From Podarcis liolepis (Eukaryota), in the NCBI GenBank assembly GCA_965112155.1, contig OZ218102.1: a DNA stretch of 64,000 nt; one strand, written 5' to 3'. The notes beneath the pieces were generated by a model. The model made no database searches. It worked only from the letters and a program-made list of their open reading frames with translations, and was not told the origin of the DNA. Positions 24,595 through 37,591 of this stretch are shown one piece after another. Position 1 is the first letter of the stretch; each line of letters starts with the position of its first letter. A program made the translations under genes and the position numbers.

Positions 24595-25782
24595 CTGCCA
24601 GAGGAGGAAAGAAAATACCGGTAGAGAAAATGAGAAAGCTGAAGATGTTTTTTGGTGGGGAGGGAAGACTTATTCAGGAGACAACTATAGACTTAGTCTA
24701 GGTCACTGGAATCTGACCAACACATTCCAACAGGGTTGGGGTTTCTGGGTGTGTTTCTACAGAGATTCATAAAGGGATTTGCATGACAAACAGGCATTTA
24801 CGAAGCTTGTTGGCACTGTGACATGACGGGTTACGTCTCTTTTTTGTGATTTTGAATTTTATTGTTATTCACATTTTTATACTGTATTTTATGCTACTTT
24901 TATAAATGTTTTAAATTTGTTGTTAGCCGCCCTGAGCTTGGTTTTTGAACTGGGAAGAGCGGGGTATAAATAAAAATTTATATTTTTATTATTTATTTAT
25001 TTATTATTATTATTGGGATTTAACCAATTTGTTAGCCATTTTGAATACAAATAGCAAAAAATGCAATATAAAGATTTCAAAATAAAACAACATGCAAAAC
25101 ATACAGATACAGAACGAACACTCAAAGAGGCTTAGTGGACTCCAAAAGTCAGTCGACTGGTGGGAGATTCCCCTCCCTCCACTCCATCCCATTCTGAAAT
25201 GCTGCTTCTTCAAGTGTCATCTACACTCTGCCCCCAAACCTGGCTTGTAGGGCATGTCATTTTAGGGGGTGAAACTTAATTTTTGCTAATTTCTTCGGTG
25301 AGAAATCTTAAAAATACGTTTTTGTTTGTGAGGAATTCAAATTTGCTATTATTTTGTGATTGGACAACATTCAGCTTGGTAAATCTATGTTTGATTAAAA
25401 AGTACAAGAAGCTGCTCTTGGAAAAAACAAATAAATTTAAATTTACCTTCTGAAAATATCAGATAACGCTTAAATACTACTACTACTGCATAAAATAACT
25501 GCAAGTACCGTACTTGGCAATCATTTTTATTTATTTCTATGCAATTTCACACACATTTTACTTACCACACAAGACTATATACTGATTTAACCAAAATATT
25601 TTTTAAATTTCCAAGTCACGTTACAACTTTTTAGCACCCCTCAGTTTTGGAATTTGAAAGCTGGAAAAAATCAACATGCCCAACTGGCCAGCATCAGCCA
25701 CTGTGGGTCCCACCTTCTGCAAGCCAGCAGGACTGGCTTCATCCCTGCCTCTTGCTCTTTCCAGCCATGTATATGTAGCATG

Positions 25783-26133
25783 GGGACATGGGTGGCGCTG
25801 TGAGCTAAACCACAGAGCCTAGGACTTGCCGATCAGAAGGTCGGCGGTTCAAATCCCCGCGACGGGGTGAGCTCCCGTTGCTCGGTCCCTGCTCCTGCCA
25901 ACCTAGCAGTTCGAAAGCACGTCAAAGTGCAAGTAGATAAATAGGTACCGCTCCGGCGGGAAGGTAAACGGCGTTTCCGTGCGCTGCTCTGGTTCGCCAG
26001 AAGCGGCTTAGTCATGCTGGCCACATGACCCGGAAGCTGTACGCCGGCTCCCTCAGCCAGTAAAGCGAGATGAGCGCGCAACCCCAGAGTCGGCCACGAC
26101 TGGACCTAATGGTCAGGGGTCCCTTTACCTTTA
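25783..26133 (+). mobile_element. Sauria SINE, full length
   Basis: Same family; TSD TATATGTAGC. Confidence 0.92.
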
Positions 26134-27129
26134 TCTATATGTAGCTAAGCGGTGTGCCTGGTAACTCACTGCCTAAGATGCTCTCCCGCCCCAAAACTGT
26201 TCTGAGCCTCCCCACCTTCGTTCTCCCTGCCTGAACTGCCTCTTCAAACCACTCACGTTCCCCTGCATGTGACCCCCTGCCTCACTTTACAATTCTCCAG
26301 CTTTGTTCCAAGCGGGCAGGCTGAGAACCACTTGTGCTCCCTTCAACAGCCCACTCCTGTTGCAAACTTATCTGGCGTTCCAGAGAACTCCGAGTCTTTT
26401 GCTGACTGCAGAAACGAGACGTACTCCAACTTGTACTCCTTTTTTTGGCTCAGAACTTTTGTTAAACTGCGAGCCGTGTCTATGCACGCCCTGCACTCTC
26501 CAAGTTTGCATCCACAAAGAGTGTGAAAGTTTGGTCCTGGTACTGTATCTCTGGCATTCCATCATGCCTTTAGGCTGAAGAAGGCTCTGGGATGGATTTC
26601 TTCAATAAACACACCTCTGTGATGTTGGGAGACAGCTTTACTCGGTCAGAACAACAGCGGCTGCTGTGGAACCTACAAAAGTGGAGTCTGCAGGTCTACA
26701 AATTACACAGGCTTCTATAGAGGCATTTCCCACCCTTGGCTTTACACAAGCATAGAAATCAAGTCACGATCTCAGGGGCGAAGTATTTCTGCATTATCAG
26801 AGCTGGATGCCTGATTCAGTGAGAACAGGGCTTCTGCTCTCTATCAAACTAGCTCATGGCTGAGTTTTTCCTGCACCAATGTTTTTAATACAGCAGTCAG
26901 AAGGCTCCATCATGACAAATAGCACACAGGCACATACGCAACTCTTTTAGTGCCAATGACTGAAACCTTAAGATATAATGAAAAGTAGCATCTGAAGGAG
27001 AACATAGCTATATATAAAACACACAACTTTAGCCAAGTTTTCTTCAAACTCTATCCAGATGGTCAGATTATGTCGAAGAGAGAGGTGCAGGGGAAGAGAA
27101 CAGCACTCTCGCTCTGCCTCCTACAGTAC

Positions 27130-27226
27130 CTTCAGGCCCCTCTTAAAAAGGAAAGTGGCTTGGCGTGCGTCTTTCTGCTGGTAGAGCTTATTCCCAATCC
27201 TGGCAGAAGGAGACTGTACGTTGGTT
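27130..27226 (-). CDS. FYTTD1: FYTTD1 coding exon 5
   Basis: TNVQSPSARIGNKLYQQKDARQATFLFKRGLK; ACAG acceptor, GTACTG donor; 97 nt. Confidence 0.9.
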
Positions 27227-27568
27227 CTGTAAAACATCCACAAAGAATCGTCAGCACAATTGATATTACAGGGTGACGCAACCAGGACAGGCTAGTGCCG
27301 TGCCCCGAGGAGATCACAATCTAAAGCAGGGATGGGACGCATTATGTTCCAGGAAACTTTCCAAGGGCCCTATGCCAGCGGTGGGAGGATCAGGAACAAA
27401 AGCAGATGGAGAGCAATCAATGCTCATTTCCCCACATGCCACTCCCCATCCTCCATTTTTCTAGGCAAGGAAGCAGCACAGTCAGAGTTCGAGCCAAAGG
27501 CAGGCAAAGCACTCAAGGCACATGCAGAGCAGACCACAAGACCTCTGCAAATGGCATATGGCTCTCAC

Positions 27569-27681
27569 CTTCTGTTTAACAAAGTAGGCCTCCTGAGAAT
27601 GGCTCCTTGCTTTCTCTGCAACTCAGATTGTCTTTGGACGGTGGTCTTCCTTTTCAAAACCAAGTAGTCCCGCTGTATGTT
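27569..27681 (-). CDS. FYTTD1: FYTTD1 coding exon 4
   Basis: NIQRDYLVLKRKTTVQRQSELQRKQGAILRRPTLLNR; AAG acceptor, GTGAG donor; 113 nt. Confidence 0.88.
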
Positions 27682-29278
27682 CTTCAGGAAGAGAGATGTT
27701 AAAAAATTAGGTCCACACATTTCCAGCAGTGTTAGTCTGTTGCAGCAAAAAACCCAAGAAGCTGCTTAACTAATAGCACAATCCTAACCATGTCCACTCA
27801 GAAGCAAGCACTGTAGAAATTAATGGTGCTTCCTCCCAGGTGTGCAAAATTAGGACTGCAGCCTCTGTGTGATATTCAACTAGGGTAGAGCCATTACGTT
27901 CACTGACTGCAACAGGTCTACTCAGAGTATGGACAAATGCTAACTCTCATCCAAAAACTGTCTCTGCCACCTGATGCACTACAGATTGTTTCAAACTCTA
28001 TCTGCCACGCTGGCTGGGGCTGATGGGAGCTGTGATCCAACATCTGAAAGGTACCAGGTTCTCTGTTTCGTTAATATATTTATACCCTACCTTTCTTTGA
28101 GATGGCTCACAACGCAAACACAATTAAATTTAAAAACCCTGCAATATCCAAACAGAGCAGCAGAACAAGGGGTAACTTAAAACAGGAGCAATAAAGTTAG
28201 CGAAAAATGCCACCTTCTCCCCTGCCAGCCTACCCCTGCCCCAATATCTGAGAGGGCCCTTCTCTGTGTCCCAAGTATGGTGGATGTTAAGCAGATCGGG
28301 GCCAGAGAAAGAGCCTTCTCTGTGGTGGCGCCTGAACTGCTTATGCCCCACACATACCTATGGCCCTTCATGCGTATATACACATTTCATAAGGCCTGCT
28401 AGAAGTTTTCTCCAGTTGCATTTAGGACATCTCGGCTCCCCATCTGGGCCACTGAAACCTCATTATTTTGAGCAAGGCACCTTTCATAGATAACAAATGG
28501 GCATCTGGATATAGGACTTCTCAGAAAGTCTCTTCTGTTTTGGATGGGGTGAAGTGCAGTCGATGCAACTTTGTGCCTTTATGTTTGGCCACTCAATGTG
28601 CTGTTTCTCTATACTGGGGTGAAGTACGGAAGTTTGTTTCATCTGCCTTTCGAAAATCTGCTTCTGGCCAGCAGAGCTGCTTTAGCATCTCAATCTGCAG
28701 ATCATCTGCTACTAATCTGCTGCCAGGCATGTTGGTTTGGCTGCGACTTTTTACTATTTGTAAACTTCATAAGCTTCCTTGACAAGTGCGGGACGGCATG
28801 GTCAAAGTCCAAAAATAAAAGTGTCGCGTGACACATACTATGTGAACAATTCTCCAAGAGCTTACAAAAGCTGAGGAAAGTGAAAGTCATGCTTAAGTCA
28901 GCCTTGTTAGTCCGAAAGAACTGCTAGGGCACAATATTGCTTTTTCTAGCCCATCTATTCACGCTTGCCATATTACTCATTGGTTGCCTACAACTTAGAG
29001 AACACAGAAATGTCCTGCCTCCCCAACTCCACCTGCCAGGGCAAGGGTCAGAAAAACTCTAGCCCACCAGAGGTGAAATTAGTGGGGACACAACACAGGG
29101 CCTTTCTGACCACACAACAGCCTGGGTTGTTTTATTTTTTTTTGGGGGGGGGTCCTGCTTTTGCTTTGCATTTTTCATTTCTTCCTTCTTTCTATTGGAT
29201 TTTTAATGTTATTTGTTTTGCTGTTTGGCATATGATTGTTTTAAGCCACCTCAAGGGTCCCCTACAGTGCCACGTGTG

Positions 29279-29868
29279 CCAGAAGCAGCTTAGTCGTGCT
29301 GGCCACATGACCCGGAAAAACTGTCTGCGGACAAACGTCGGCTCCCTCGGCCAGTAAAGCGAGATGAGCACCGCAACCCTAGAGTCGTTCGCGACTGGAC
29401 TTGACTGTCAGGGGTCCTTTACCTTCTTTTAGCATACTGTCTGATCTTATGCATGCTTCAGAAATTCAATGGGGCTGCTCCCAAGTAAAAGTGTATGGAG
29501 GACATCTACAAAACCTTCCCCACTTGGAAAGCAAGTGGCAGGCATACAACAGTTTCATTTTCAGAACTGGTGACATACCATATTATGACAGCGTGTTCAG
29601 AATATGAGACCATCCCTGATTTACACTGGAAGCCCACCCTTTCTGAAGCTCCCTGCCACCACTGCAGCAGGCCACTATTCCTGCCTCCCAGCTCAGCAAC
29701 ACCCCAAGGCCACCTCCCAAATCAGACAGACATCCAGTGCCCTCGATACACCCCATGAATATTTGGTTGCAGGGGCCAACGGTGGTCTAAAAAGCCACAG
29801 TCTCAACACACATGCATTACTGCCACCACAACTGCTCTGCCAAATAAACTGGAATAACTGCCAAACAA
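29279..29868. repeat. Inserted duplicate of 23950-24525 (partial Sauria SINE plus unique intron-6 sequence)
   Basis: Constant offset of 5329, no indels, about 13 substitutions in 576 bp by eye; flanked by the 15-bp direct repeat ACAGTGCCACGTGTG. Confidence 0.93.
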
Positions 29869-30376
29869 ACAGTGCCACGTGTGGCTGGGAACCCCTCTGG
29901 TTTCCTGCAGTCTAATCAGGAAGTGAATCTGGGGAGAAGTTGTCCCACTCGGACGGCCCCTTCCCAACTGCAATTTACTGCCAGCAGAGCAAGTGGACCA
30001 CCCAATGCAAAGATCCCCTCCCCCCCCTCCAGGAAAGGAAACTGGCTCTCACCTTTGCCCCTCTGGATTTCCTTTGGCTCAGAAAAAAACCTCCATCATA
30101 GTTTGGTGCAAACCACACACTTTCAGTTGGAAAGAGTAGTCACTTGCCTCAGAGTGTTACTGGAGGTGAGAGCACCTCTGCCCATAGAAAGAGAGCGGAA
30201 TACATGGAAGGGGACCCAATGCAGCTGCTCCATTCATGGATGAAGCCTTGCGCTCTCGGAAAAGGCGGTGCTGAGAGTGAAGGAACTCCACCAGATCCCA
30301 CCTCAAGGCAGAGGCATTCTTACACTGCTGCCCAGAAAAAATGGGTATGTTTTCGCCCCAAAGCCCCCACACATAC

Positions 30377-30522
30377 CTTTTCACTGAGAGGCGATCTGTT
30401 GAGGGGGCTGATGCCTTTGTGAGAGCCCAAGGCTTTCCTTGCCGCTAGCCCGGTTTTGACTCCATAGGGAGGCCTCTTTCCAGCCACCCGTTTTCTGCGT
30501 CCTAAACGGTTCTTTCCAAAAC
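30377..30522 (-). CDS. FYTTD1: FYTTD1 coding exon 3
   Basis: GFGKNRLGRRKRVAGKRPPYGVKTGLAARKALGSHKGISPLNRSPLSEK; TTTCAG acceptor, GTATGT donor; 146 nt. Confidence 0.93.
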
Positions 30523-31554
30523 CTGAAATAGCATAAATAGGAGACAAAAAGTGGGCCACTGGCACGGAAGCAAGTAAGCATGCCTCGGTCAAGACTAGCG
30601 AAGGAGCACCGGCAGAGCTTTTAAAAATATATTTGGGGGAGGGATTCCCCTTCCATATTTATTTTAGAAAAAATCTGGGAGGAAATTAATAAAAACCCTT
30701 GTTTTCTTAGCAGATCTAAACTTGTATGCATATCCAGGAGCAAGTCAGCATATGGAAATCGTTGCCACAGAGGTCTGTGGCTCCCTAGCAAAGATACTTG
30801 AAGAGGATAAATTGACACACAGGGGAACAGCTCCATCCACATCTCATAGCAACAACACCAAAAAACACGGCTTTCATTATCAAAGGGATTCCATTCCCCA
30901 ATACCAGATGCTGGGGCTTAACACCAAAGGAGGATTATGTCTCAAGTCTTGCCGGTAAACCTTTGTAAAACATCTGGCTGGCTGCTGCAAGTATCAAAAA
31001 TATTGAAAAAAATAACTTGGGTTGACAGTGCATCACAATTCTTGTACAGGGATGGGAGGCAGAGCCATTTCCTAAGTTCAGCAACAAGACAAACTCCATC
31101 GGGGTCCTCCTGATCCCACACTGTTTCTAATCCAGTTCATTATTTTAATAACTTCTATTTAACTTGAAAAACTGGTGCGTGGGTCTGTTTTTTTCCTCCT
31201 CCCTAACCATCCCTTTTTTGTTTTGTGTTGTGTCGGGCAGATTGTAAGCCCGCAGGCAAGAGACTGTCTTGTTTTAACTGATGGTGCGTAAGTCACTCTG
31301 GAAGACCCTGGCTGAAAGACAGGGTAAAAATGTTCCAAAAAATACTTTACTCTTTTAAAAGGGCAAAATGCATTATGTATTACTTAGCACATAAACCTGT
31401 ACAGGCTGTTCTACTTTTGAGTATATATTAAGGAAAATATTATTTATCACCTGCCTTTAAAAAAAGGCAGGTCTCAAACAACCTTGACATTTTACTGTCC
31501 CGATACAAAATATGTCCCCGGTGTTTCAGAAAAAAAGCAAGCAAAACTACCTAC

Positions 31555-31686
31555 CTGTGTACTCCTGGATTCCCCATTTGGTTCTCCTCATCCGGAATTG
31601 CCGCTTGCCAGCCTGTTGAAGCCCCCTCTTCATTCTGGGAGAATACTGCTTCCTCTCTTCTTTCTTATTCAGTTTAATTATATCAT
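31555..31686 (-). CDS. FYTTD1: FYTTD1 coding exon 2
   Basis: (D)DIIKLNKKEERKQYSPRMKRGLQQAGKRQFRMRRTKWGIQEYT; CAG acceptor, GTAGGT donor; 132 nt, phase 1-1. Confidence 0.93.
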
Positions 31687-32016
31687 CTGCAAAACACATA
31701 GCAAGAATTTAAGTACTGAACACTTCTCACTGTGGGGGACCAAAACAGGAACCCATGCATGATTTGTTATTTTTAAAAAGCCTCAGGTTTTCACTTAAGT
31801 AAACTCTTAAGTTTGTTAAGTAAACTCCCGGAATAGATCTGTAAACCTTTAGAAACTTTTCTGGAATTGAGAACCTTTCTGGAATTGTGTAATGGGATTA
31901 ATTGAGTCCTTGTCTTCAGCAAGCCTCCCTCCCTTGTTTCAATAGGGGCCTGGGTCTGCCACACGTCTCTGTAGAGAGCCATGTGCATAGATGGTGCTAT
32001 ATACATACATTAACCC

Positions 32017-32167
32017 TGCCAAATAGCCCAGTCGGTAGAGCATGAGACTCTTGCTCTCAGGGTTATAGGTTCAAGCCCCATGTTGGGCAAAATATTTCGG
32101 CATTGCAGGGGGTTGAGCTAGATGACCCTCGTGGCCCCTTCCAACTCTACTATTCTATGATTCTATA
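32017..32167 (+). mobile_element. SINE with tRNA-Lys-like head and CR1-derived tail (Squam2-like)
   Basis: TAGCCCAGTCGGTAGAGCATGAGACTCTT...GGTTCAAGCCCC followed by the CR1 3' end CCCTTCCAACTCTAC..ATTCTATGATTCTAT. Confidence 0.8.
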
Positions 32168-35100
32168 CATACAAAATCAGGCTTAGCTGCAATGCAGCGT
32201 CCACTGCCATGTATGATGCTTGTGGGAAAGCCCAATCTCTCCATCTGAGGAGTGGCCACAGACAGCACACGCTCCTTGCATGCAGAAATTCCCAGGTTCA
32301 ACCTCTGGCATCTCACAGGTAGAGGAAGATGCTCTTCTGAGGACCTGAGAGCTGTTGCCAGTCAAGTGTGGTCCAGACGGTCAGCAACCTGACAATGAAA
32401 GGCTGCTTCATATGTCTTGTAATCCCTGCTCTTCACACCTGCTCTTTTTAAAATGGGGTTAGGTGAGTTTAGCCCAGTGTATCGCCCAGAGTGCTACACA
32501 GCCAGATAGTACTCTGAAAATTGCATTTATCACATATTTGTGATAAACTGAACTCCTTTTAGAAGGCTGCTTCAATCCCATGAGATTTACACACAACGTA
32601 CACTGCAGAATCTATAGGGTGACACAATAGAATCTTATATTTCTTCCATTTGAGGCCGTTCTGAATCCTCATTTGCCTTGAAAGTGCTGAAGGCTGCAGG
32701 TCAGCAATCTAACAGCAAATAAATAAAAATCTTTGCAAAAGCATGGCCATTAAAATTTAAACCAAGAGCCCTTCCACATCTCTGAACATATATTGCACCT
32801 ACAAGCACTAAGATAATGAATTGTGTCAGTAATTCAGAATGCCCCAGTTTTCTTTTCGCAAGAGTTGCTATAATTCATTCAGCACCATTACTTCACCCCT
32901 AAACACATTGTTAGCCTGCATTTGATTCAACTTCAAAATGAGAAACTGACTCCCAAAGTTCAGGAGTCGTCGCCATCATTGCAATCACTTCTACAGTGAA
33001 ACTGCTGTGTAACAGCATCATTCTTACAACAATCCTGCAAAGAGGAACAGAGTCTAGCGAACGTGTCCGAGGGGATTCAGCAAATTCGCATCTAAGTCAA
33101 ATTTGAAGCCAGCAAGCACACATAACCTGACTGCTCCCAAAACCAATACTTTCCTTGCCCCATAAATACCCACCCCCCACAAAAAAAATAAAATATTCAG
33201 GGAGACTAGCTCCACCCTCAGCCCCCAAGACAAATACACATCTCCCAAGAGAACTCATTGGCTCTCTCACTAAGGTCATTTTGCACTACCGCACATGCTC
33301 TCTAAACTGTAGACCAGCTGAACATATCACACCGCAGGAGGAAGCCTCTGACTGGTATACTATCAGCACAAAGTTTGTTTCAGAAGGTACGGAGGATTCC
33401 AGCGGATGTTGCTACACACAGCAACCCAAGGCACAAGGGCAGAATTTCAGATTAACTCGTCTTGAGGAGTAAGGAATCAAACACAGCAATGACACTTCTT
33501 ACGATGTGTTTGCTGCTAGCCTGCAGTTTGTGTTTGGTGGTCAACCAAAGATGGGTGTGACTAAAGTGAAGGACCATTGGAAATGACCTTTCTGCCTCGG
33601 CCTTCTCTAACAAAATGATTTACTGTATCTATGCAAATCCTTCTTGCCAGCGAGATCATGAGGATCCAGAAAGTTCAGAGTGACGAACCAAGAAGTCTGG
33701 ATGCAATAATGGGAATAAAGTAAAATGATAGGTAAATGAGAAGGCCAGAAGGCTGGCTTTTTGCACATAAAAGCCTCTACATGTAGCTCAGGGGAAAGCT
33801 TCCTCCATCAACCAGAAATTCTATAGAAATGTAAAGGTAAAAAAGGTAAAGGACCCCTGGTGATGGACACAAGACATCCGCAGGTAAGACAGAATGACGC
33901 ATCAGGAATCTGTTGCCATAGTCATTGTCCTTGGTAGGTAAATCTATTCAGGAGGACAATCCACAAAGGAAACCTTCCAGATGGGTCATCCTTGTTTACA
34001 TGCCCAAATCCACCTTTTAGCAGAACCTTCCCTATTACATCACTGAGGTCTTCTTCTCCGGAAACTCCTCCCCTATGACCAAGCACACCTACCTGAATTT
34101 TACCCTATCCACTCTCATTCCCTCATTTTGACCCCTTCTCATTGGTCATTATGCCAACTCACCTAAAATACACTTATTAAAGTTCAGGCTCCTTGACCAC
34201 CTTCTACAATGCTGTCTGAAGTTTCCCCTCTGTTCTCTCTTCCTCTGAGCAACCATTCTGCACACACCAGGAACATCTTTAAACTTCAGAACTAAGGCTT
34301 GGTGAAGGGTCTAACTCTCTATTTCTTTAACTGAGAAGTGTGGTTGTGTTAGAACTATAAATGTATGCTGCTGCACTTTATTACAAAAATCACATTTAAT
34401 GCTTTATAAGAAATTCTTTTGAGTAATTTTTGTGAAGGCACTCAGAAACTTCAGAGGGTTTGGATACACATGTAAGGCAGCGCTTGGTTCTACGTCAGCT
34501 AAAAGTCCCCACTGGTGCAAGTTTCACATTCCCAAGTCCACGTGTCTTTCAGCATCCCCACTCCCACCCTGCACCTCCTGTTAACACACTTTACAGCATG
34601 AAACACATCCTGAAAAACCAGGATATGGACATTAGCAAAGTAATCCTATGAAGTGAGAGGGACACTGGTCTGACCCTGCACAGCTTCTTGCTGCAGGACA
34701 GGAGATTGTGCCGTGATGGAATATAATCACACATCAGCAACTTGTTGAACAGGACACTACAGCCAGCGATGATGCCGTATTTTAAAGGCATCTTCCGCTT
34801 TTAGTTCTAGGTCAACAGAGGTGGAACATCAACTCAATGCACTTATGCAACTCCCCTAATATATAATAATAAAATCACAGCAACAAATCTGCAGATTTGC
34901 ATGCATTTACAGTTAGGATGGTCAATGGAGATATCTCATTATATACAAAAATATACAGTTGTATCATACATACATACATAGTATATCACAGATCGCCTTC
35001 CCTGGTGCCCACAGGGTTTCCTGTGCCCGCTGGAATTACGCTTGTAAGAAGCATTCTACTGCAGCCAAAGGAGAAGGTTGTGGGTTCTGTGTGCTTGGTT

Positions 35101-36666
35101 ACAATGTGTATGTGTGTTTGTGTCCATGTGGTACCCGTGACAGTTTCTCCAGTTTGCCAATATGCTCTCAGGAAAAGCTTGATAATCCCTTCCTTATGTA
35201 TTAGTTACAGTAAGAGAGTCTATGTAGGTGAAGAAGTCATGAATTTGGAGGTACTTGGTCAGGAGACTTGCAACCCAAGGTCAGGCATCATGTTGTTGAT
35301 ACTGTTCCTTGAAGAAGCAGATCTACAGTGTTGGATATCCAGGTGGTTTATAGCAAGGACTGCTTTTAATCAGACTTGGCTGATGTCCCAGCAGCAGCCT
35401 TACCTGGAGAACTCAAACCTGACCTGTTATCCAGGCCCAGGCTGGACTGCTATAATGTTCTTTATGTGGGTCTGCCTTTAAAGACAATCCAGGAAGTTCA
35501 ATTGCTTGCTGATTACTATCAGCAATTTAAGAGACTCCCATCGTTTTCATTGGCTGCTTCTTTCTATCCAGGCCCAATTTTGATTTTAAAGTGCAGGCTA
35601 CAAGCTTCAAGCAGGTGTTTCCAGGAAGCCTATAAATCTATAATTATTAATCATACAAATGGGGCATTTAAGGTGCCAGCCTTCACCCAGTTCCTCCCTC
35701 CAGCAAATGTCACTCAGATTTTATTATTCTTATTTATTATGTTTAAAGGGCTGCCCATCAATAAGTAATTACTGGGCAAGAAACAAACAAATCTATATTA
35801 AAAAAATACAATATATGTGCCACGAAGCCTTTGGCACACACCCTTAAGCACACAGCTACAAAATAAGCACATTCTCTTCTTACACGCAACACCATCTCCT
35901 CCTCCTCTTGTCTGTGTTGGTTTACAGATTTTAAGTGCCTGATGATAGAGATCTGTCTTCTTATACTTTCAACAGCGGCACATACGTAGAAAGCCAGTGT
36001 GGAGCTTGTTGGCCTAGGACCTGGGAGACCAAGATTCAAATGCTTGCTTGGCCATCAAGCTCAGTGGGTGACTTCTCAGCCCAACCTACCTCTCATGGCG
36101 GTTGTTGTGGGGATTAGGAGAGGCGGGGGAGAGCCATGTACACCACTTTGAGCTTCTTGGAGGAAAAGGTAGGATATACATGCAATTAAAAGTACTAATG
36201 ATAGCAATAGATGGCACTTTCTAATCTACCTCCTCCTCATAGCAGCAGCAGCAGCAGAAACCTATTCGAAAGCATATTACAGTCTTCTAAATATTAGATT
36301 TCTGCATTACAAAAGGGTTGGACTACATGACCCTTGGGGGTCATCAATTCTATGGAAGTGCATTTCCTCATACGAAAGTCCCCAGGCTCTGAGATCTTTG
36401 GGGGAGGTCGTTCTCTCCATCCTGCCACCCCCACAGGCACTCTTGGTGGGGACTTGGGAGAGGGGTGGCTGCTCCCAAACAACTTTGGAACTCCCTGCCT
36501 AGAGAAGCTAGACTGGCTCCCTCCCAGCAGGTGAAGACCTTCTGCTTTCAACAGGCTTTGGGGAACCGACTGCTTTTCATGGAAGTGCTGGTGCTGTGCT
36601 GTTTTTATTGTAACCATCCATTGTGTTTATAATAGATCTCATTTATTACACAGAGGTACATACATA

Positions 36667-36907
36667 CAGTGGTACCTCTGGATGCGAACAAGATCCGTTC
36701 CGGAGCCCCGTTTGCATCCTGAAGCGAATGCAACCCGCATCTGCGCAGGTTGCGATTCGCCACGTCTGTGCATGCGCTTGATGTCATACTGAGTGTCTGC
36801 GCATGTGCAAGCGGCAAAACCCGGAAGTAATGCATTCTGTTACTTCCAGGTCGCTGCTCAACCCAAAAACGCTCAACCCAAAGCTACTTTAACCAGATAT
36901 ATGAGTG
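36667..36907. mobile_element. Tigger/pogo-like MITE, family C
   Basis: TA|CAGTGGTACCTCTGGATGCG left end, degenerate right end, body differs from family B. Confidence 0.65.
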
Positions 36908-36913
36908 TATATT

Positions 36914-37470
36914 GTTTGGACTACTGCAATGCGCTCTATGTGGGGCTACCTTTGAAGGTGAACCGGAAACTACAATTAATCCAGAATATGGCAGCTAGAC
37001 TGCTGACTGGGAGTGGCTGTCGAGACCATATAACACCAGTCTGAAAGACCTACATTGGCTCCCAGTATGTTTCTGAGCACAATTCGAAGTGTTTGTGCTG
37101 ACCTATAAAGCCCTAAACGGCCTCGGTCCAGTATACCGAAGGAGCGTCTCCACCCCCATCGTTCAGCCCGGACACTGAGGTCCAGCTCCGAGGGCCTTCT
37201 GGCAGTTCCCTCATTGCGAGAAGTGAGGTTACAGGGAACCAGGCAGAGGGCCTTCTCGGTAGTGGAGCCCTCCCTGTGGAACACCCTCCCACCAGATGTT
37301 AAAGAGAAAAATAACTACCAAACTTTTAGAAGACATCTAAAGGCAGCCCTGTTTAGGGAAGCTTTTAACATTTAATAGGTTATTGTACTTTAGTGTTTTG
37401 TTGGAAGCCGCCCAGAGTGGCTGGGGGGACCCAGCCAGATGGGCGGGGTATAAATAAGAAATTATTATTA
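36914..37470 (+). mobile_element. L2-clade LINE 3' fragment
   Basis: LDYCNALYVGLPLKVNRKLQLIQNMAARLLTG...DHITPV..LHWLP, 3' UTR and (TTA)n tail; related tails at 43515-43680 and 59990-60110. Confidence 0.88.
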
Positions 37471-37591
37471 TTTAATTACGGTAACGTTCAATCGTTTTTC
37501 TCAACTCGCTTTCCTGGTTTTTAAGCTGCTTTTATTTTTACCGGAGTCCCTGCCAGGAGGAAAAGGCAGGGTACCAATAAATACCAATGCT

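Noticed and set aside
32017-32090. tRNA-Lys-like sequence (and tRNA-Ile-like at 63835-63907) as true tRNA genes
   Set aside because: Mutated stems and direct fusion to CR1-derived tails indicate SINE heads.
33860-34480. Possible solo LTR (also 38645-38885 and 42424-42690)
   Set aside because: Composition is suggestive, but I could not establish TG...CA ends with a TSD.
34897-35768. 194-aa and 130-aa plus-strand ORFs
   Set aside because: Low-complexity intronic sequence overlapping a decayed L2 fragment (LDCYNVLYVGLPLK); no gene structure.
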